Shown here in pieces: positions 43,477-54,006 of a stretch of 64,000 bases of DNA. Position numbers and translations under genes: made by a program. The stretch lies in assembly GCA_044870335.1 (NCBI GenBank), contig JBIOYV010000102.1:2477-66476 (forward strand). Reading direction: 5' to 3'. Under the pieces are notes generated by a model. The model searched no databases. It saw only the letters and a list, made by a program, of their open reading frames with translations, and was not told the DNA's origin. The stretch is from Burkholderiales bacterium (GTDB lineage: Bacteria; Pseudomonadota; Gammaproteobacteria; Burkholderiales; SG8-39). How positions within the stretch are numbered: the first letter of the stretch is position 1; the number at the start of each line of letters is the position of its first letter.

Positions 43477-44112
43477 CTACTCGAGCGTCGTCATCCCATG
43501 GCGAATGGCGAATTTGACCAGCGCCGGCAAGTCTTCGATGCCAAGCTTTTGCATTGCCCGCGCTCGATAGGTTTCGACCGACCGCGGTGAAAGACCCAGG
43601 ATCGACCCCGCGGCGGCGTTGGACTTGCCGTCGGCGATCAGTTGCAGGACCTCCCGCTCGCGGGCCGTCAGGCTGGCGAGCGGATCCTGGCCCATGCTTC
43701 TCACGAGGGAGGCGCTCAGGTAGCGCTTGCCTTCGATGATCGCGCGCACCGCTTTGACAAGCTCCACCCCCGGAGACTCCTTGACCATGTAGCCCTCTGC
43801 CCCAGCGCGCAGCGCCTGGTCCACGTAGTGCGCCGAGTCGCGCGCCGACAGGATCAGGATCAGGGTCGACGGCGAGCTCTCGCGGATGTGGCGCGTGGCT
43901 TCGATGCCGTTCATTACCGGCATCTTGATGTCGACGATGGCAATGTCCGGGTGCAGCTGCCTCGCGAGGCGCACCGCCTCCTCGCCGTTAGTGGCGCTGC
44001 CCACGACTTTCAGATCGCCCTCCGCTTCCAGCAGCACGCGCAGGCCGTCCAGGACGATGGCATGGTCGTCGGCGAGTAATACGCTGATGGTTTTCTTCTT
44101 CTTTCGCGGCAT
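43477..44112 (-). CDS. NarL/LuxR-family response regulator
   Basis: LLADDH, DIKMP, LTARERE, SVETYR. Confidence 0.93.
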   Translation of the reverse strand: MPRKKKKTISVLLADDHAIVLDGLRVLLEAEGDLKVVGSATNGEEAVRLARQLHPDIAIVDIKMPVMNGIEATRHIRESSPSTLILILSARDSAHYVDQALRAGAEGYMVKESPGVELVKAVRAIIEGKRYLSASLVRSMGQDPLASLTAREREVLQLIADGKSNAAAGSILGLSPRSVETYRARAMQKLGIEDLPALVKFAIRHGMTTLE

Positions 44113-44173
44113 TTTCCCGATCGCAGCCGGATTTGAAGTCTGCGAATGGTAGGTTTGCCGCGGTGGATGCGAT

Positions 44174-44189
44174 ATCGGGAAACCCCGAT
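44174..44189. promoter_or_regulatory. Palindrome ATCGGG-N4-CCCGAT (putative operator 1)
   Basis: Intergenic, upstream of the 43477..44112 regulator; second copy at 46417. Confidence 0.6.
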
Positions 44190-44237
44190 CCACCCAGCGC
44201 GTTTCTGCGATGGCGGCGCGAAAACAGCGCTGCCGGA

Positions 44238-44867
44238 TTACTCGAGCGTCGTCATGCCGTGGCGAATGGCGAATTTGACGAGCGTCGGCAAGTCTTCGAT
44301 GCCGAGCTTTTTCATCAGCCGCAGGCGGTAGGTTTCGACCGACCGGTGCGAAAGGCCCAGGATGGCGGCGGCCTCCACGTTCGATTTGCCGTCGACGATC
44401 AGCGGAAGGATCTCGCGCTCGCGGGCCGTCAGGCTCGCGAGGCCGGATGCGGTGTCCTCGGTGCGCACCTTGTCCATGAGGCCTTCGCCGACGAAGCGGT
44501 GCCCGGCCGCCACGGCCCTGACGGCCCTCACGACCTCGTCCCCCGCCGATTCCTTGAGGACGTAGCCGCGGGCCCCCGCGGCGAACGCTTCGCGAACCAA
44601 CTCCGCGGAAGAGTGCATCGAGAGGATCGCTACCCGGGTCGCGGGCGCCCGGTCCACGATGCGCCGTGTCGCCTCGAGGCCGTTCATGTTCGGCATCGAT
44701 ATGTCCATCACCACGACGTCCGGCTGCAGCTTGGCCGCTTTCTCGACGGCCTCGCGCCCGTCGTCGGCCGTCGCGACGACCTTGATGTCGGCGTTGGCTT
44801 CCAGCAGTCGCTGCATGCCGTCGCGCAGCACGCCGTGATCGTCGGCTAGCAGGACGTTTATGACCAT
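44238..44867 (-). CDS. NarL/LuxR-family response regulator (tandem paralog)
   Basis: LLADDH, DISMP; ends KFAIRHGMTTLE like its neighbour. Confidence 0.93.
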   Translation of the reverse strand: MVINVLLADDHGVLRDGMQRLLEANADIKVVATADDGREAVEKAAKLQPDVVVMDISMPNMNGLEATRRIVDRAPATRVAILSMHSSAELVREAFAAGARGYVLKESAGDEVVRAVRAVAAGHRFVGEGLMDKVRTEDTASGLASLTAREREILPLIVDGKSNVEAAAILGLSHRSVETYRLRLMKKLGIEDLPTLVKFAIRHGMTTLE

Positions 44868-46312
44868 TTGTTCTTGGGAACCAGGACCTCGATGCGGGCT
44901 CCGCTGCCCGGCGCGGATTGCACGCGAAGCTCGGCCCCTATGGAGATCGCGCGCTCGTACATGATCATCAGTCCCCAGCCCGATTTCTCGTCGCGCCGGG
45001 CCGGACGCGTGATGTCGAAGCCGCGCCCGTCGTCGGCAACGCCCATGACGATCTTGTCCGCGCGCGCTTCGAGCGTTACCCATACCTTGACTGCCTTGGC
45101 GTGCTTCGAAACGTTGGTCAGCGCCTCGAGGTAGATCCGCAGGAGCGCGTCTTCCACCTTTGGTGGCGGTCTCGGCAGGGTCTCGTTCGCGGAAACCGCC
45201 GGCGCAACGCCGCTGCGCGCTTCGAAGGCCGCGGCATGCCAGCGCAAGGCGGCGGGCAAGCCGAGCTCCTCGAGCCCGGGCGGGCGGAGCTGCGCCATGA
45301 CGCTGCGCACGGCGTTGACGCTTCGCCTGACAAGTGCGGAAGCATTCGCCAGTCTCTCGGAGGCATCGGCCGGCGCGCCCGGAGGCAATTGGCTTCGAAG
45401 CAGGGCGAGCTCGGCATTCACGGTGGCAAGGTCCTGGCCGACGATGTCATGCAGCTCGGCGGCGAGCGCGCGGCGCTCCTCGTCCTGGATCTGCATCAGC
45501 CGCGCGGACAGGCGCTTGAGCTCTCCCGAGGCCTGATCCAGCTCCGCGGTGCTTTCCGTCAGCCGCTTCTCCGAAACCGCGGCCCGGTAAGCGTCGTGCG
45601 CTGATATGAGCAGCGTGCCGAGAAGAAACAGCAGGGTAAACGCGCCGAGCGGGCCGTCCAGACCGGCCGGATTGAAGCTCCAGGGCGGATGGGCTGTGCC
45701 AACGCTGTCAGGCGCAAACACCGCCGCTGCCATGCCGGTGTAGTGCATGCCGAAGATGGCCATGCCCATGATCACGGCGCTGCCTGCCTTTTTCTGAAAG
45801 GCGGAAAAGATCGTCTCCATGCGCAGCCTGTGCGAGAACCATAGGGACAGGATGGCGGCGACGAGGGCGATCAGGATCGACAGCGAGAGCAGCCAGGGCT
45901 GATAGCGTATGCGCGGTTCCACTTGCATCGCTTCCAGGCCGATGTAGTTCATCGAAACGATGCCGATGCCGACCAGCAGGCCGCCGCCCACCAGCCCGCC
46001 AATGCCCAACGACTCGCGGCTCCCGAAAACCAGCCCGAACCCGGAAACGATGATCGCCACCAGCATGGAAAGGACGGTGAACCGGATGTCATAGGGAACA
46101 TCGATCGGCAGGCGGTAAGCGAGTATGCCGATGAAGTGCATCGACCAGATCCCGATTCCGAGTGCGCTTGCACCGCCCGCGAGCCAGTATTTCTTGTGTT
46201 TCCGGCGACGCGATGGCACGAGGCTCGACACCAGATCCAGCGCGACGAAGGACGCGATGATCGCGACCATGATCGAGAGCAGTATCAGCCAATAGTCAGG
46301 CGTTCCGCGCAT
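44858..46312 (-). CDS. MHYT-domain sensor histidine kinase (HisKA_3)
   Basis: MHFIG/MNYIG/MHYTG repeats, ELHDIVGQ, EALTNVSKHA, DDGRGF; start 46312 or 46375. Confidence 0.9.
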   Translation of the reverse strand: MRGTPDYWLILLSIMVAIIASFVALDLVSSLVPSRRRKHKKYWLAGGASALGIGIWSMHFIGILAYRLPIDVPYDIRFTVLSMLVAIIVSGFGLVFGSRESLGIGGLVGGGLLVGIGIVSMNYIGLEAMQVEPRIRYQPWLLSLSILIALVAAILSLWFSHRLRMETIFSAFQKKAGSAVIMGMAIFGMHYTGMAAAVFAPDSVGTAHPPWSFNPAGLDGPLGAFTLLFLLGTLLISAHDAYRAAVSEKRLTESTAELDQASGELKRLSARLMQIQDEERRALAAELHDIVGQDLATVNAELALLRSQLPPGAPADASERLANASALVRRSVNAVRSVMAQLRPPGLEELGLPAALRWHAAAFEARSGVAPAVSANETLPRPPPKVEDALLRIYLEALTNVSKHAKAVKVWVTLEARADKIVMGVADDGRGFDITRPARRDEKSGWGLMIMYERAISIGAELRVQSAPGSGARIEVLVPKNKWS

Positions 46313-46416
46313 CCCGCTTTCTACGCCTTCCCCGCCTTCTTGAGCAACGTACGATGGTCCGGGCAGGGATTGCATGGCGCGCTGCGAGAGCGTCGTGGAC
46401 AAGGAGGGAGCAAATG

Positions 46417-46432
46417 ATCGGGGTAACCCGAT
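46417..46432. promoter_or_regulatory. Palindrome ATCGGG-N4-CCCGAT (putative operator 2)
   Basis: In the divergent region between kinase and receiver genes. Confidence 0.6.
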
Positions 46433-46466
46433 ATTCATCCTTATCCGGGCGTCGTAGCCTTGCTCG

Positions 46467-46883
46467 ATGGTCAAGGGCATCCGGATCCTGCTGGCAGGCG
46501 ACGCCGAGGGCGTTTTGCAAGGCCTGAGCTCGCTGCTGCGCACGGAAGAAGACATCACTGTGGTCGGACTGAGCCTCGATAGCGCCGAAGCCGTGGGTCT
46601 CGCTGAGCGGCTGAGCCCCGATCTCGCGATCCTCGACGTCACCATGCCGCTGATGAACGGAATCGAGGCCACGCGCCGCTTGCGAGCGCTTCTGCCATCG
46701 ACGCGAATTCTGATTGTCTCCGCGCAAACCTCGCCTTGTTACGTGAGCAGTGCCTTGAAGGCAGGCGCTGACGGCTATGTCGCCAAGGATGCGGTTGGGC
46801 GCGAGCTCATCACGGCGATCCGCGCGGTCGTCGGCGGGCACGGCTACGTTAGCGAGGCGCTGCGGCCAGACCGACTTGATTGA
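46467..46883 (+). CDS. Stand-alone NarL-type receiver lacking an HTH
   Basis: LDVTMPLMNGIEAT, AGADGYVAK; acidic pair reduced to AGD. Confidence 0.85.
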   Translation: MVKGIRILLAGDAEGVLQGLSSLLRTEEDITVVGLSLDSAEAVGLAERLSPDLAILDVTMPLMNGIEATRRLRALLPSTRILIVSAQTSPCYVSSALKAGADGYVAKDAVGRELITAIRAVVGGHGYVSEALRPDRLD

Positions 46884-46904
46884 CAGCAGGGGTCCGTCCG
46901 CACC

Positions 46905-46940
46905 AAAAAAAGGCCCAGTATTGGCTGGGCCCTTTTGTTT
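46905..46940. terminator. Bidirectional rho-independent terminator
   Basis: A7-GGCCCAG...CTGGGCC-CTTTTGTTT between convergent genes. Confidence 0.8.
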
Positions 46941-46955
46941 CGGATGCTTTGACGT

Positions 46956-47822
46956 TCAGGAAGGCGCGGGAAGCGCCTGGCGCATCTTCTGGAACGCCTT
47001 CGCCTCGATCTGGCGGATGCGCTCGGCCGAGACCTTGAACTCGGCTGCCAGCTCGTGCAGCGTGGCTGCGTCGTCCTCGCGCAGCCAGCGGGCCTCGACG
47101 ATGCGGCGGCTGCGCGGGTCCAGGCTCTTCAGCGCGCTCTCCAGCCCGGCGGCGCGCGTCTCCCCCGACTCCTTCGCTTCGAGGACGCGCAGAGGCTCGG
47201 CGTCGTGGTCGGCCGCGAGGTAGTTCGCCGGGGCGTACGCGGACTCATCGTCCGGGTCGGCTTCGAAAGCGATCTCCTGGCCCGAGAGACGCATCTCCAT
47301 CTCCACCACTTCCTCGGGCTTGACGCGCAGCTCGCGCGCCACCCGGGACACGTCGTCGCTGGTGAGCGGGGCGAGCCCCTTCTTCATCGAACGCAGGTTG
47401 AAGAAGAGCTTGCGCTGGGCCTTGGTGGTCGCCACCTTGACCAGGCGCCAGTTGCGCAGGATGTACTCGTGGATCTCGGCCTTGATCCAGTGGATGGCGA
47501 ACGACACCAGCCGCACGCCGCGGTCCGGGTCGAAGCGCTTCACGGCCTTCATGAGGCCGATGTTTCCTTCCTGGATGAGATCGGCGTGCGGCAGGCCGTA
47601 GCCGAGGTAACCCCGGGCGAGGGCGACCACCAGGCGCAGGTGCGAGAGCACGAGGCCGCGGGCGGCGTCGAGGTCTTCCTTTTCACGCCAGCGCAGCGCC
47701 AGCTCGCGCTCCTCCTGGGCGGTGAGGAGGGGAAAGCGGTTCACGGTCTGGATGTAAGCCTCGAGGCTGCCGGTTGGCATCGGCACGGGGACCGAAACGG
47801 GCAGGGCCAGCGTCGCTCGCAT
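46956..47822 (-). CDS. rpoH: RNA polymerase sigma-32 factor
   Basis: [14 protein letters not shown], RpoH box [22 protein letters not shown]. Confidence 0.97.
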   Translation of the reverse strand: MRATLALPVSVPVPMPTGSLEAYIQTVNRFPLLTAQEERELALRWREKEDLDAARGLVLSHLRLVVALARGYLGYGLPHADLIQEGNIGLMKAVKRFDPDRGVRLVSFAIHWIKAEIHEYILRNWRLVKVATTKAQRKLFFNLRSMKKGLAPLTSDDVSRVARELRVKPEEVVEMEMRLSGQEIAFEADPDDESAYAPANYLAADHDAEPLRVLEAKESGETRAAGLESALKSLDPRSRRIVEARWLREDDAATLHELAAEFKVSAERIRQIEAKAFQKMRQALPAPS

Positions 47823-47852
47823 GGATGCGGATCCTCCTTGATGGGGCTGATT

Positions 47853-47879
47853 TTAGCACTCAGGTCATTAGAGTGCTAG
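47853..47879. promoter_or_regulatory. CIRCE element (HrcA operator) upstream of rpoH
   Basis: TTAGCACTC-AGGTCATTA-GAGTGCTAG, one mismatch to consensus. Confidence 0.92.
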
Positions 47880-47939
47880 GCCGGCTATCGGTTCCACACA
47901 GGGCGTCGGGTGAAAGTGGGCGCTAACAGTCGCTTCGAT

Positions 47940-48821
47940 CTAGGCGGGCTCGATTTCGCGGAGCTGCCGGGCCACCGCGAGCTGGGCCCCCAAGCTGCCT
48001 AGCAGGCCGGCGAAGACCACGACCGCAATTCCATCGCCCAGCCCCAGGAAATCGAGCCGGAAGCCGGATCCATAGGACTCGGCCAGCGCTTGGACCTCCC
48101 GGTTGAGCAGTCCGAGGCCCGCCGCCACGATGCCTAGGGCGACGATCCCCCCGGCTGCGCCTTGGAAGAGGCCCAGGTAATAGAAAGGCCTGCGGATGAA
48201 CGCGTCGGTGGCCCCGATCAGCTTCGACACCTCGATCTCGGCGCGCCGGGTCAGGATCTGGAGGCGAATGGTATTGAAGGTCACCGCGGCCAGCCCGGCA
48301 CCCAGCAGCGCGCTCAGGATCCAGATCGCCACCCGTCCGATATCGGCCAGGGCGGCGAGGCGCCGCGCCCAGGCGGCGTCGGCCTGGACGTGCGCGACAC
48401 CCGGCAGCCCGGCCAGCTCGCCGGCAAGCTGTCCGATGTCTCCCCCGCGAGGCGTCACCACGAAGGCATCGGGCAGCGGGTTGCGGCCGAGCGCCGCGAC
48501 CACCTCGGCCACGCCTTGCACGCCGGACAACTCCTTGAGCGCCTGCTCGCGCGGCACGAAACGCACCTTTGCGATGCGCCGGTCGGCGCGCAGCGTCCTG
48601 CCGAGCGCGTCCGCGTCGGCGCGCTTCGCGCCGGGCTGCAGGAAGACTGAAATCTGCGTGTCGAGCGCGAAGCGTCCGGCGACGCCGCGCAGGTTCTCCA
48701 GGAGCGCATAGCCGCCCGCGGGGAGCGAGAGCGCCACGCCGATGACGGCGGTGTTCAGCACGCCCAGCCGCCGCAGCGCGGCGCCGGCGGCCTGGCGATG
48801 CTGACGCAGCCAGGCGTTCAA
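47940..48821 (-). CDS. ftsX: Cell division permease FtsX
   Basis: NPLPDAF, NTIRLQI, EIEVSKLIGAT. Confidence 0.93.
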   Translation of the reverse strand: MNAWLRQHRQAAGAALRRLGVLNTAVIGVALSLPAGGYALLENLRGVAGRFALDTQISVFLQPGAKRADADALGRTLRADRRIAKVRFVPREQALKELSGVQGVAEVVAALGRNPLPDAFVVTPRGGDIGQLAGELAGLPGVAHVQADAAWARRLAALADIGRVAIWILSALLGAGLAAVTFNTIRLQILTRRAEIEVSKLIGATDAFIRRPFYYLGLFQGAAGGIVALGIVAAGLGLLNREVQALAESYGSGFRLDFLGLGDGIAVVVFAGLLGSLGAQLAVARQLREIEPA

Positions 48822-49468
48822 GCGATGCGCCCCTCGTCGAGCCGCAGCACCCGCCTGCCGTAGCGCCCGACGAGGCCCTGGTCGTGCGTGGCGATCAGGA
48901 CCGTCACGCCGACCTGGTTGAAGCCGACGAACACGTCGAGAATCAGCCCGGCCGACTCCGCGTCGAGGTTCGCGGTGGGCTCGTCGCCGATCAGGATGCC
49001 GGGCCGGTTGACGACCGCGCGCGCGATGGCGAGGCGTTGCTGCTCGCCGCCCGAAAGCTGGATCGGGTTCGCCTTCTCGCGCGGGAGCAGTCCCACCTTG
49101 TCGAGGGCGGCGCGCGCCCGCCGCGCGGCTTCCCTCGGCGGCAGCCCGGAAAAGGCGAGCGGCAGCATCACGTTGTCGAACACGCTGCGGTCGTACAGCA
49201 GCTTCTGGTCCTGGAACACGAGCCCGATGTTGCGCCTGAGGTACGGCACGGCGGCGCGCTTGAGGGCGCCCACGTTCTGGCCGTTCACGATCACCGAGCC
49301 CGAGGTCGGCCGCTCGATCGCAGCGATCAGCTTGAGCAGCGTCGACTTTCCGGCGCCCGAGCGTCCGGTGACGAAGGCGAGCTCGCCCGCGTCGATGGAG
49401 AAGGTGACGCTCTTCAAAGCCTCCTGGCCGCCGGGATAGCGCTTGGCGACCGACGAGAAGCTAACCAA
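48818..49468 (-). CDS. ftsE: Cell division ATPase FtsE
   Basis: GRSGAGKST, VFQD, LSGGEQQR. Confidence 0.94.
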   Translation of the reverse strand: MVSFSSVAKRYPGGQEALKSVTFSIDAGELAFVTGRSGAGKSTLLKLIAAIERPTSGSVIVNGQNVGALKRAAVPYLRRNIGLVFQDQKLLYDRSVFDNVMLPLAFSGLPPREAARRARAALDKVGLLPREKANPIQLSGGEQQRLAIARAVVNRPGILIGDEPTANLDAESAGLILDVFVGFNQVGVTVLIATHDQGLVGRYGRRVLRLDEGRIA

Positions 49469-50384
49469 CCAGCGCCTCGGCGAAGTCTTTCGCGACGAAG
49501 GGGCGAAGGTCGTCGATGTCTTCGCCTACGCCGATGAAGAGGAGCGGGATTGGCCTCTCCTTGGAATCCTTGGATCGCGCATGCGCGATGGCGCAGACCA
49601 CGCCGCCCTTCGCCGTGCCGTCGAGCTTGGTCAGGATGAGGCCGGTCAGGCCGAGCGCCTCGTCGAACGCCTTGACCTGCGCGAGCGAGTTCTGCCCGGT
49701 ATTGGCGTCGAGGACGAGCAGCACCTCGTGCGGCGCGCCGTCGAGGGCCTTGCCCGCGACGCGCTTCACCTTGCGGATCTCCTCCATGAGGTGCAGCTGC
49801 GTGGGAAGGCGCCCCGCGGTGTCGGCGATGAGCACGTCGGTGCCGCGCGCGCGGGCGGCGCCCAGGGCGTCGAACACCACCGCACCGGGGTCGCCGGAGT
49901 CCTGCGCTATCACCGGCACGCCGTTGCGGCTACCCCAGATGACCAGCTGCTCTCGCGCAGCCGCGCGGAAGGTGTCGCCGGCGGCGAGCATCACGCTCGC
50001 GCCCTGCGACTGCAGCCACTTCGCCAGCTTGCCGATCGATGTCGTCTTCCCCGAGCCGTTCACGCCCGAGATCATGATGACGAAGGGCTTCGTCCCTCTC
50101 AGGCGGAGCTGCTTCTCCAGGGGAGCGAGAAGCTCTGTGATCGAAGCGATGAGCGCCTGCTTGAGCGCCGCGCCGTCCTCGACTTTGCGTTTGCGCAGCG
50201 CCGCGATCAGCGCCTGCGTCGCCGGCACGCCGCAATCGGCCTGCAGCAGGGCGTTCTCCAGCTCCTCGAACAGCGCCTCGTCGACCTTGCGGCGCGCGAA
50301 CAGCTCCGAGACTGGCGTATTGAGGACTTCGCGTGTGCGCGCTAGACCCGCTTTGAGGCGCGCCGCCCAGGAGAGCGCTACCAT
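49461..50384 (-). CDS. ftsY: SRP receptor FtsY (short form without acidic domain)
   Basis: GVNGSGKTT, DTFRAAA, DTAGR, TKLDGTAKGG. Confidence 0.96.
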   Translation of the reverse strand: MVALSWAARLKAGLARTREVLNTPVSELFARRKVDEALFEELENALLQADCGVPATQALIAALRKRKVEDGAALKQALIASITELLAPLEKQLRLRGTKPFVIMISGVNGSGKTTSIGKLAKWLQSQGASVMLAAGDTFRAAAREQLVIWGSRNGVPVIAQDSGDPGAVVFDALGAARARGTDVLIADTAGRLPTQLHLMEEIRKVKRVAGKALDGAPHEVLLVLDANTGQNSLAQVKAFDEALGLTGLILTKLDGTAKGGVVCAIAHARSKDSKERPIPLLFIGVGEDIDDLRPFVAKDFAEALVG

Positions 50385-50390
50385 CGATGC

Positions 50391-50936
50391 GTGAATTCTA
50401 GCAAAGGGAAAATCCGCATCATCGGCGGCGAATACCGCGGCCGGCGCATCGCGGTGCCCGAGCGCCGCGACCTGCGCCCGACGCCCGACCGCGTGCGCGA
50501 GACGCTGTTCAACTGGCTCGGCCAGACGCTCGAGACAAAGACCTGTCTCGATCTCTTTGCCGGCAGCGGGGCGCTCGGCTTCGAGGCCGCCTCGCGCGGC
50601 GCGGCGCGGGTCGTCATGGTGGAAAGCGACCGTAGCGTGTTCGCAGCTCTGAAAAAAACCCTGGATCTCATCGGTGCAAGACAGATTGACCTGATTCTGG
50701 GCGACGCGTTCGATTATCTGAGGAAATCCGACCAGCGGTTCGACGTGGTTTTCCTCGATCCGCCGTTCAGGCAGAATGCCCTGCCGGCGCTGCTCGAGCG
50801 GCTGCCGCCGCGGCTCGCGCCGGGAGCGCGCGGCTACGTCGAGGCGGCCGATCCGCTCGAGCCGCCAGAGGCCTGGCGCGAGCTCAAGCGCTCGCGCGCA
50901 GGACAGGTGTGCTACCAGCTCTTGGAGCAAAGGTGA
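50391..50936 (+). CDS. rsmD: 16S rRNA m2G966 methyltransferase
   Basis: RPTPDRVRETLFNW, DLFAGSG, DPPF. Confidence 0.95.
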   Translation: MNSSKGKIRIIGGEYRGRRIAVPERRDLRPTPDRVRETLFNWLGQTLETKTCLDLFAGSGALGFEAASRGAARVVMVESDRSVFAALKKTLDLIGARQIDLILGDAFDYLRKSDQRFDVVFLDPPFRQNALPALLERLPPRLAPGARGYVEAADPLEPPEAWRELKRSRAGQVCYQLLEQR

Positions 50937-50958
50937 AACTGCACGGTGAAATGACGCG

Positions 50959-51444
50959 ATGATCAAGGCCATCTATCCGGGAACCTTCGACCCGCTCACG
51001 CGCGGCCACGAGGAGCTGGTGCGCCGGGCGAGCACGCTGTTCGATTCGCTCGTGCTCGCCATCGCCGAAAGCACCCCGAAGCGCACCTTCTTCCCGCTGC
51101 AGGAGAGGATCGGCATGGCGCGCGAGGTGCTCGCCGACGTGAAGAACCTCGAGGTCACCGGCTTCAGCGGCCTGCTGATCGACTTCGTGCGCAAGCACAA
51201 CGCACGGGTGGTGCTGCGCGGGCTGCGCGCGGTGTCCGACTTCGAATACGAGTTTCAGCTCGCGGGGATGAACCGCCACCTCTATCCGCAGATGGAGACG
51301 ATCTTCCTCACGCCCTCGGAGCAGCACATGTTCATCTCCGCGACGCTGGTGCGCGAGATCGCGTCGCTCGGGGGCGATGTTTCAAAGTTCGTTCACCCCT
51401 ACATCGAGAAGAAACTGAAAGCCAGGGTCAGTTCCGGGAAGTAG
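50959..51444 (+). CDS. coaD: Phosphopantetheine adenylyltransferase
   Basis: [24 protein letters not shown]. Confidence 0.97.
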   Translation: MIKAIYPGTFDPLTRGHEELVRRASTLFDSLVLAIAESTPKRTFFPLQERIGMAREVLADVKNLEVTGFSGLLIDFVRKHNARVVLRGLRAVSDFEYEFQLAGMNRHLYPQMETIFLTPSEQHMFISATLVREIASLGGDVSKFVHPYIEKKLKARVSSGK

Positions 51445-51447
51445 GGA

Positions 51448-52257
51448 TTACCTCTGGCAGGACGGACAATAGAACGTGGCGCGCTGGCCCTGCTGGATCC
51501 TGCGGACGATGCTTCCACAGCGGCGGCACGGCTTGCCCGCCCGGTCGTAGACCCAATAGCGTTGCTGGAAGTATCCGGCGCTGCCGTCGGCGCCGACGAA
51601 GTCGCGCAGGCTCGAGCCGCCGGCGCGGATCGCCGCACGCAGCGTGTGCTTGATCGCGGCGGAAAGCCTTGCGCATCTCTCGAGGGAAAGCCTTCCGGCA
51701 GGCACCCGCGGCTGAATGCCTGCGAGGAACAGGCTCTCGTTCGCGTAGATGTTGCCGACGCCCACGATGCGCCGGCCGTCCATCAGGAACTGTTTGATGC
51801 CCGTGCGATGCGGCCGCGTGAGCTGGTACAGGCGCGCCGGGTGCAGCTCGCGCGTGAGCGGCTCGATCCCGAGATGAACCAGCAGCGGATGGGTGGCGAT
51901 GTCGGCCCGGGTCCAGAGCACCGCGCCGAAGCGGCGCGGATCGCGCAGCCGCAGAATCCTGTCGCCAAGCTGAAGGTCGAAGTGATCGTGCTTTTGCGCC
52001 GGGGTGCCGGCGGGCAGCACGCGCAGGCTGCCCGACATTCCCAGGTGGAGGATCAGATGGCCGTCGCCGCAGTCGACGAGGAGATACTTGCCGCGGCGCT
52101 GGATCGCGCGCACCGTGCGTCCCGCGAGCCGGTGCACGTCCCTCGGCACCGGCCAGCGCAGGCGCGGCTCGCGCACCGCGACGCCCGAGATGATGCGTCC
52201 GGCGAGTTGCGGCTCGAGTCCGCGCCGCGTGACCTCGACTTCGGGAAGCTCCGGCAT
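51448..52257 (-). CDS. mutM: Formamidopyrimidine-DNA glycosylase
   Basis: [22 protein letters not shown]4 zinc finger. Confidence 0.97.
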   Translation of the reverse strand: MPELPEVEVTRRGLEPQLAGRIISGVAVREPRLRWPVPRDVHRLAGRTVRAIQRRGKYLLVDCGDGHLILHLGMSGSLRVLPAGTPAQKHDHFDLQLGDRILRLRDPRRFGAVLWTRADIATHPLLVHLGIEPLTRELHPARLYQLTRPHRTGIKQFLMDGRRIVGVGNIYANESLFLAGIQPRVPAGRLSLERCARLSAAIKHTLRAAIRAGGSSLRDFVGADGSAGYFQQRYWVYDRAGKPCRRCGSIVRRIQQGQRATFYCPSCQR

Positions 52258-52312
52258 GTGGAAAACGTGCTTGTGCGGGGCACCAAATATACCTAAGATG
52301 GGTCGAACCCCG

Positions 52313-53998
52313 ATGAAAAGAGCGATTCGGTTGATCATCGCCGCGGCGGGCCTGTCAATCGCAGGCTGCGCCGCGATCGCGCAGACCAAGGACATCCCGC
52401 AGGCGGCCGAGGGCGACCTCAACGAGCCGATGCTCTACGAGTTCCTGCTCGGCGAGATCGCCTTGCAGCGCGGCGACCTCCCGCTCGCGGCGCAGACTTT
52501 CCTCGACCTCGCCCGGCGGACCAGCGATCCGCGCGTTGCGCGCCGCGCGGTGGAGATCGCGAACCAGGCGCGGCTGCCCGAGCTCGCGCTCGACGCGGCG
52601 CGTACCTGGCAGGAGCTCGATCCGGCCTCGCCCCAGGCGCTGCAGGTTCTCGCGGCGCTGCTGGTGGCGAACAAGCGCGCCGAGGAAGCGCTGCCCCATC
52701 TCGAGAAGCTGCTCGCCACCGAGGGCGTGAGCCCGGAGAACGGATTCATGCAGCTCAATCGCCTGCTCGCGGCGAGCTCCGACAAGGCGGCGAACCTGCG
52801 CGTCGTGCGCACGCTCGCGTCCAAGTATCCGAAGCTGCCGCAGGCACACTTCGCCGTGGCGCAGGCCGCCGCCGCGGCCGGCGACGACGACGCCGCGATT
52901 GCGGCGATCCACCGCGCAAGCGCGCTGCGCCCCGATTGGGAGCTCGCGGCGCTCCTGGAGGCGCAGATCCTGCAGCGCCGCTCGCCCGCCGCGGCCGCCA
53001 AGGTTCTCGGCGATTTCGTCGCCAAGAATCCGAATTCGCGCGACGCGCGGCTCAACTACGCGCGGCTCCTGATCCTCGACAAGCGCCTGCCCGAGGCGCG
53101 CAAGCAGTTCGAAGCCGTGCTCGCCGCGAGTCCGGGGAACACCGAAGTCATCTACGCCGTGGGCCTGCTCGCGTTCCAGCTCAAGGACTACGAGGTCGCC
53201 GAGCAGAACATGAAGCGCCTGCTCGCACTCAACTACCGCGACGCCGACGGCGTGCGCTACGTCCTGGGCCAGATCGCGGAAGAGCAGAAGCAGTGGCCGC
53301 AGGCCATCAAGTGGTACGAAAGCATCGGCGAAGGCGAGCACCAGCTCGCCGCGCGCATGCGCACCGCGAACGCCATGGCAAAGCAGGGCAAGCTCGACGA
53401 GGCGCGCAGCTACCTGAAGCGCGTCGCGGCCGACAACCCCGGCGAAGAGGCGCAGATCATCGTCGCGGAGGCGCAGCTCCTGCGCGAAGCCAACCGCAAC
53501 CAGGACGCCTTCAAGCTGCTCGCCGACGCCCTGCGGAAGGATCCCGACCAGCCCGAGCTCCTCTATGACTACGCCCTCACCGCAGAGAAGCTCGATCGCT
53601 TCGACGTGCTCGAGTCGAATCTGCGCAAGCTGATCGAGGTGCGGCCCGACCACGCGCACGCCTACAACGCCCTGGGCTACTCCTTCGCCGAGCGCAACAC
53701 GCGCCTGCCCGAGGCGCGCAAGCTGATCGAGCGCGCGCTGGAGCTCGCGCCCGACGACTACTTCATCATCGACAGCCTGGGCTGGGTGCTCTACCGCCAA
53801 GGCGACCTCAAAGGCGCCGCCGAGCAGCTGCGCCGCGCCTATGGCGGCCGGCCCGACGCGGAGATCGGGGCGCATCTGGGCGAAGTGCTGTGGGTAATGG
53901 GCCAGCGCGACGAGGCGAACCGCATCTGGCAGGAGTCGCTCAAGGCGAGCCCGGACAACGAGACGCTGCAGAAGACCATCAAGCGCCTGAAGAGATAA
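52313..53998 (+). CDS. TPR-repeat lipoprotein
   Basis: Lipobox IAGC, multiple TPRs, NALGY, DSLGWV; upstream of lolB. Confidence 0.9.
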   Translation: MKRAIRLIIAAAGLSIAGCAAIAQTKDIPQAAEGDLNEPMLYEFLLGEIALQRGDLPLAAQTFLDLARRTSDPRVARRAVEIANQARLPELALDAARTWQELDPASPQALQVLAALLVANKRAEEALPHLEKLLATEGVSPENGFMQLNRLLAASSDKAANLRVVRTLASKYPKLPQAHFAVAQAAAAAGDDDAAIAAIHRASALRPDWELAALLEAQILQRRSPAAAAKVLGDFVAKNPNSRDARLNYARLLILDKRLPEARKQFEAVLAASPGNTEVIYAVGLLAFQLKDYEVAEQNMKRLLALNYRDADGVRYVLGQIAEEQKQWPQAIKWYESIGEGEHQLAARMRTANAMAKQGKLDEARSYLKRVAADNPGEEAQIIVAEAQLLREANRNQDAFKLLADALRKDPDQPELLYDYALTAEKLDRFDVLESNLRKLIEVRPDHAHAYNALGYSFAERNTRLPEARKLIERALELAPDDYFIIDSLGWVLYRQGDLKGAAEQLRRAYGGRPDAEIGAHLGEVLWVMGQRDEANRIWQESLKASPDNETLQKTIKRLKR

Positions 53999-54006
53999 GA
54001 CGTTAG

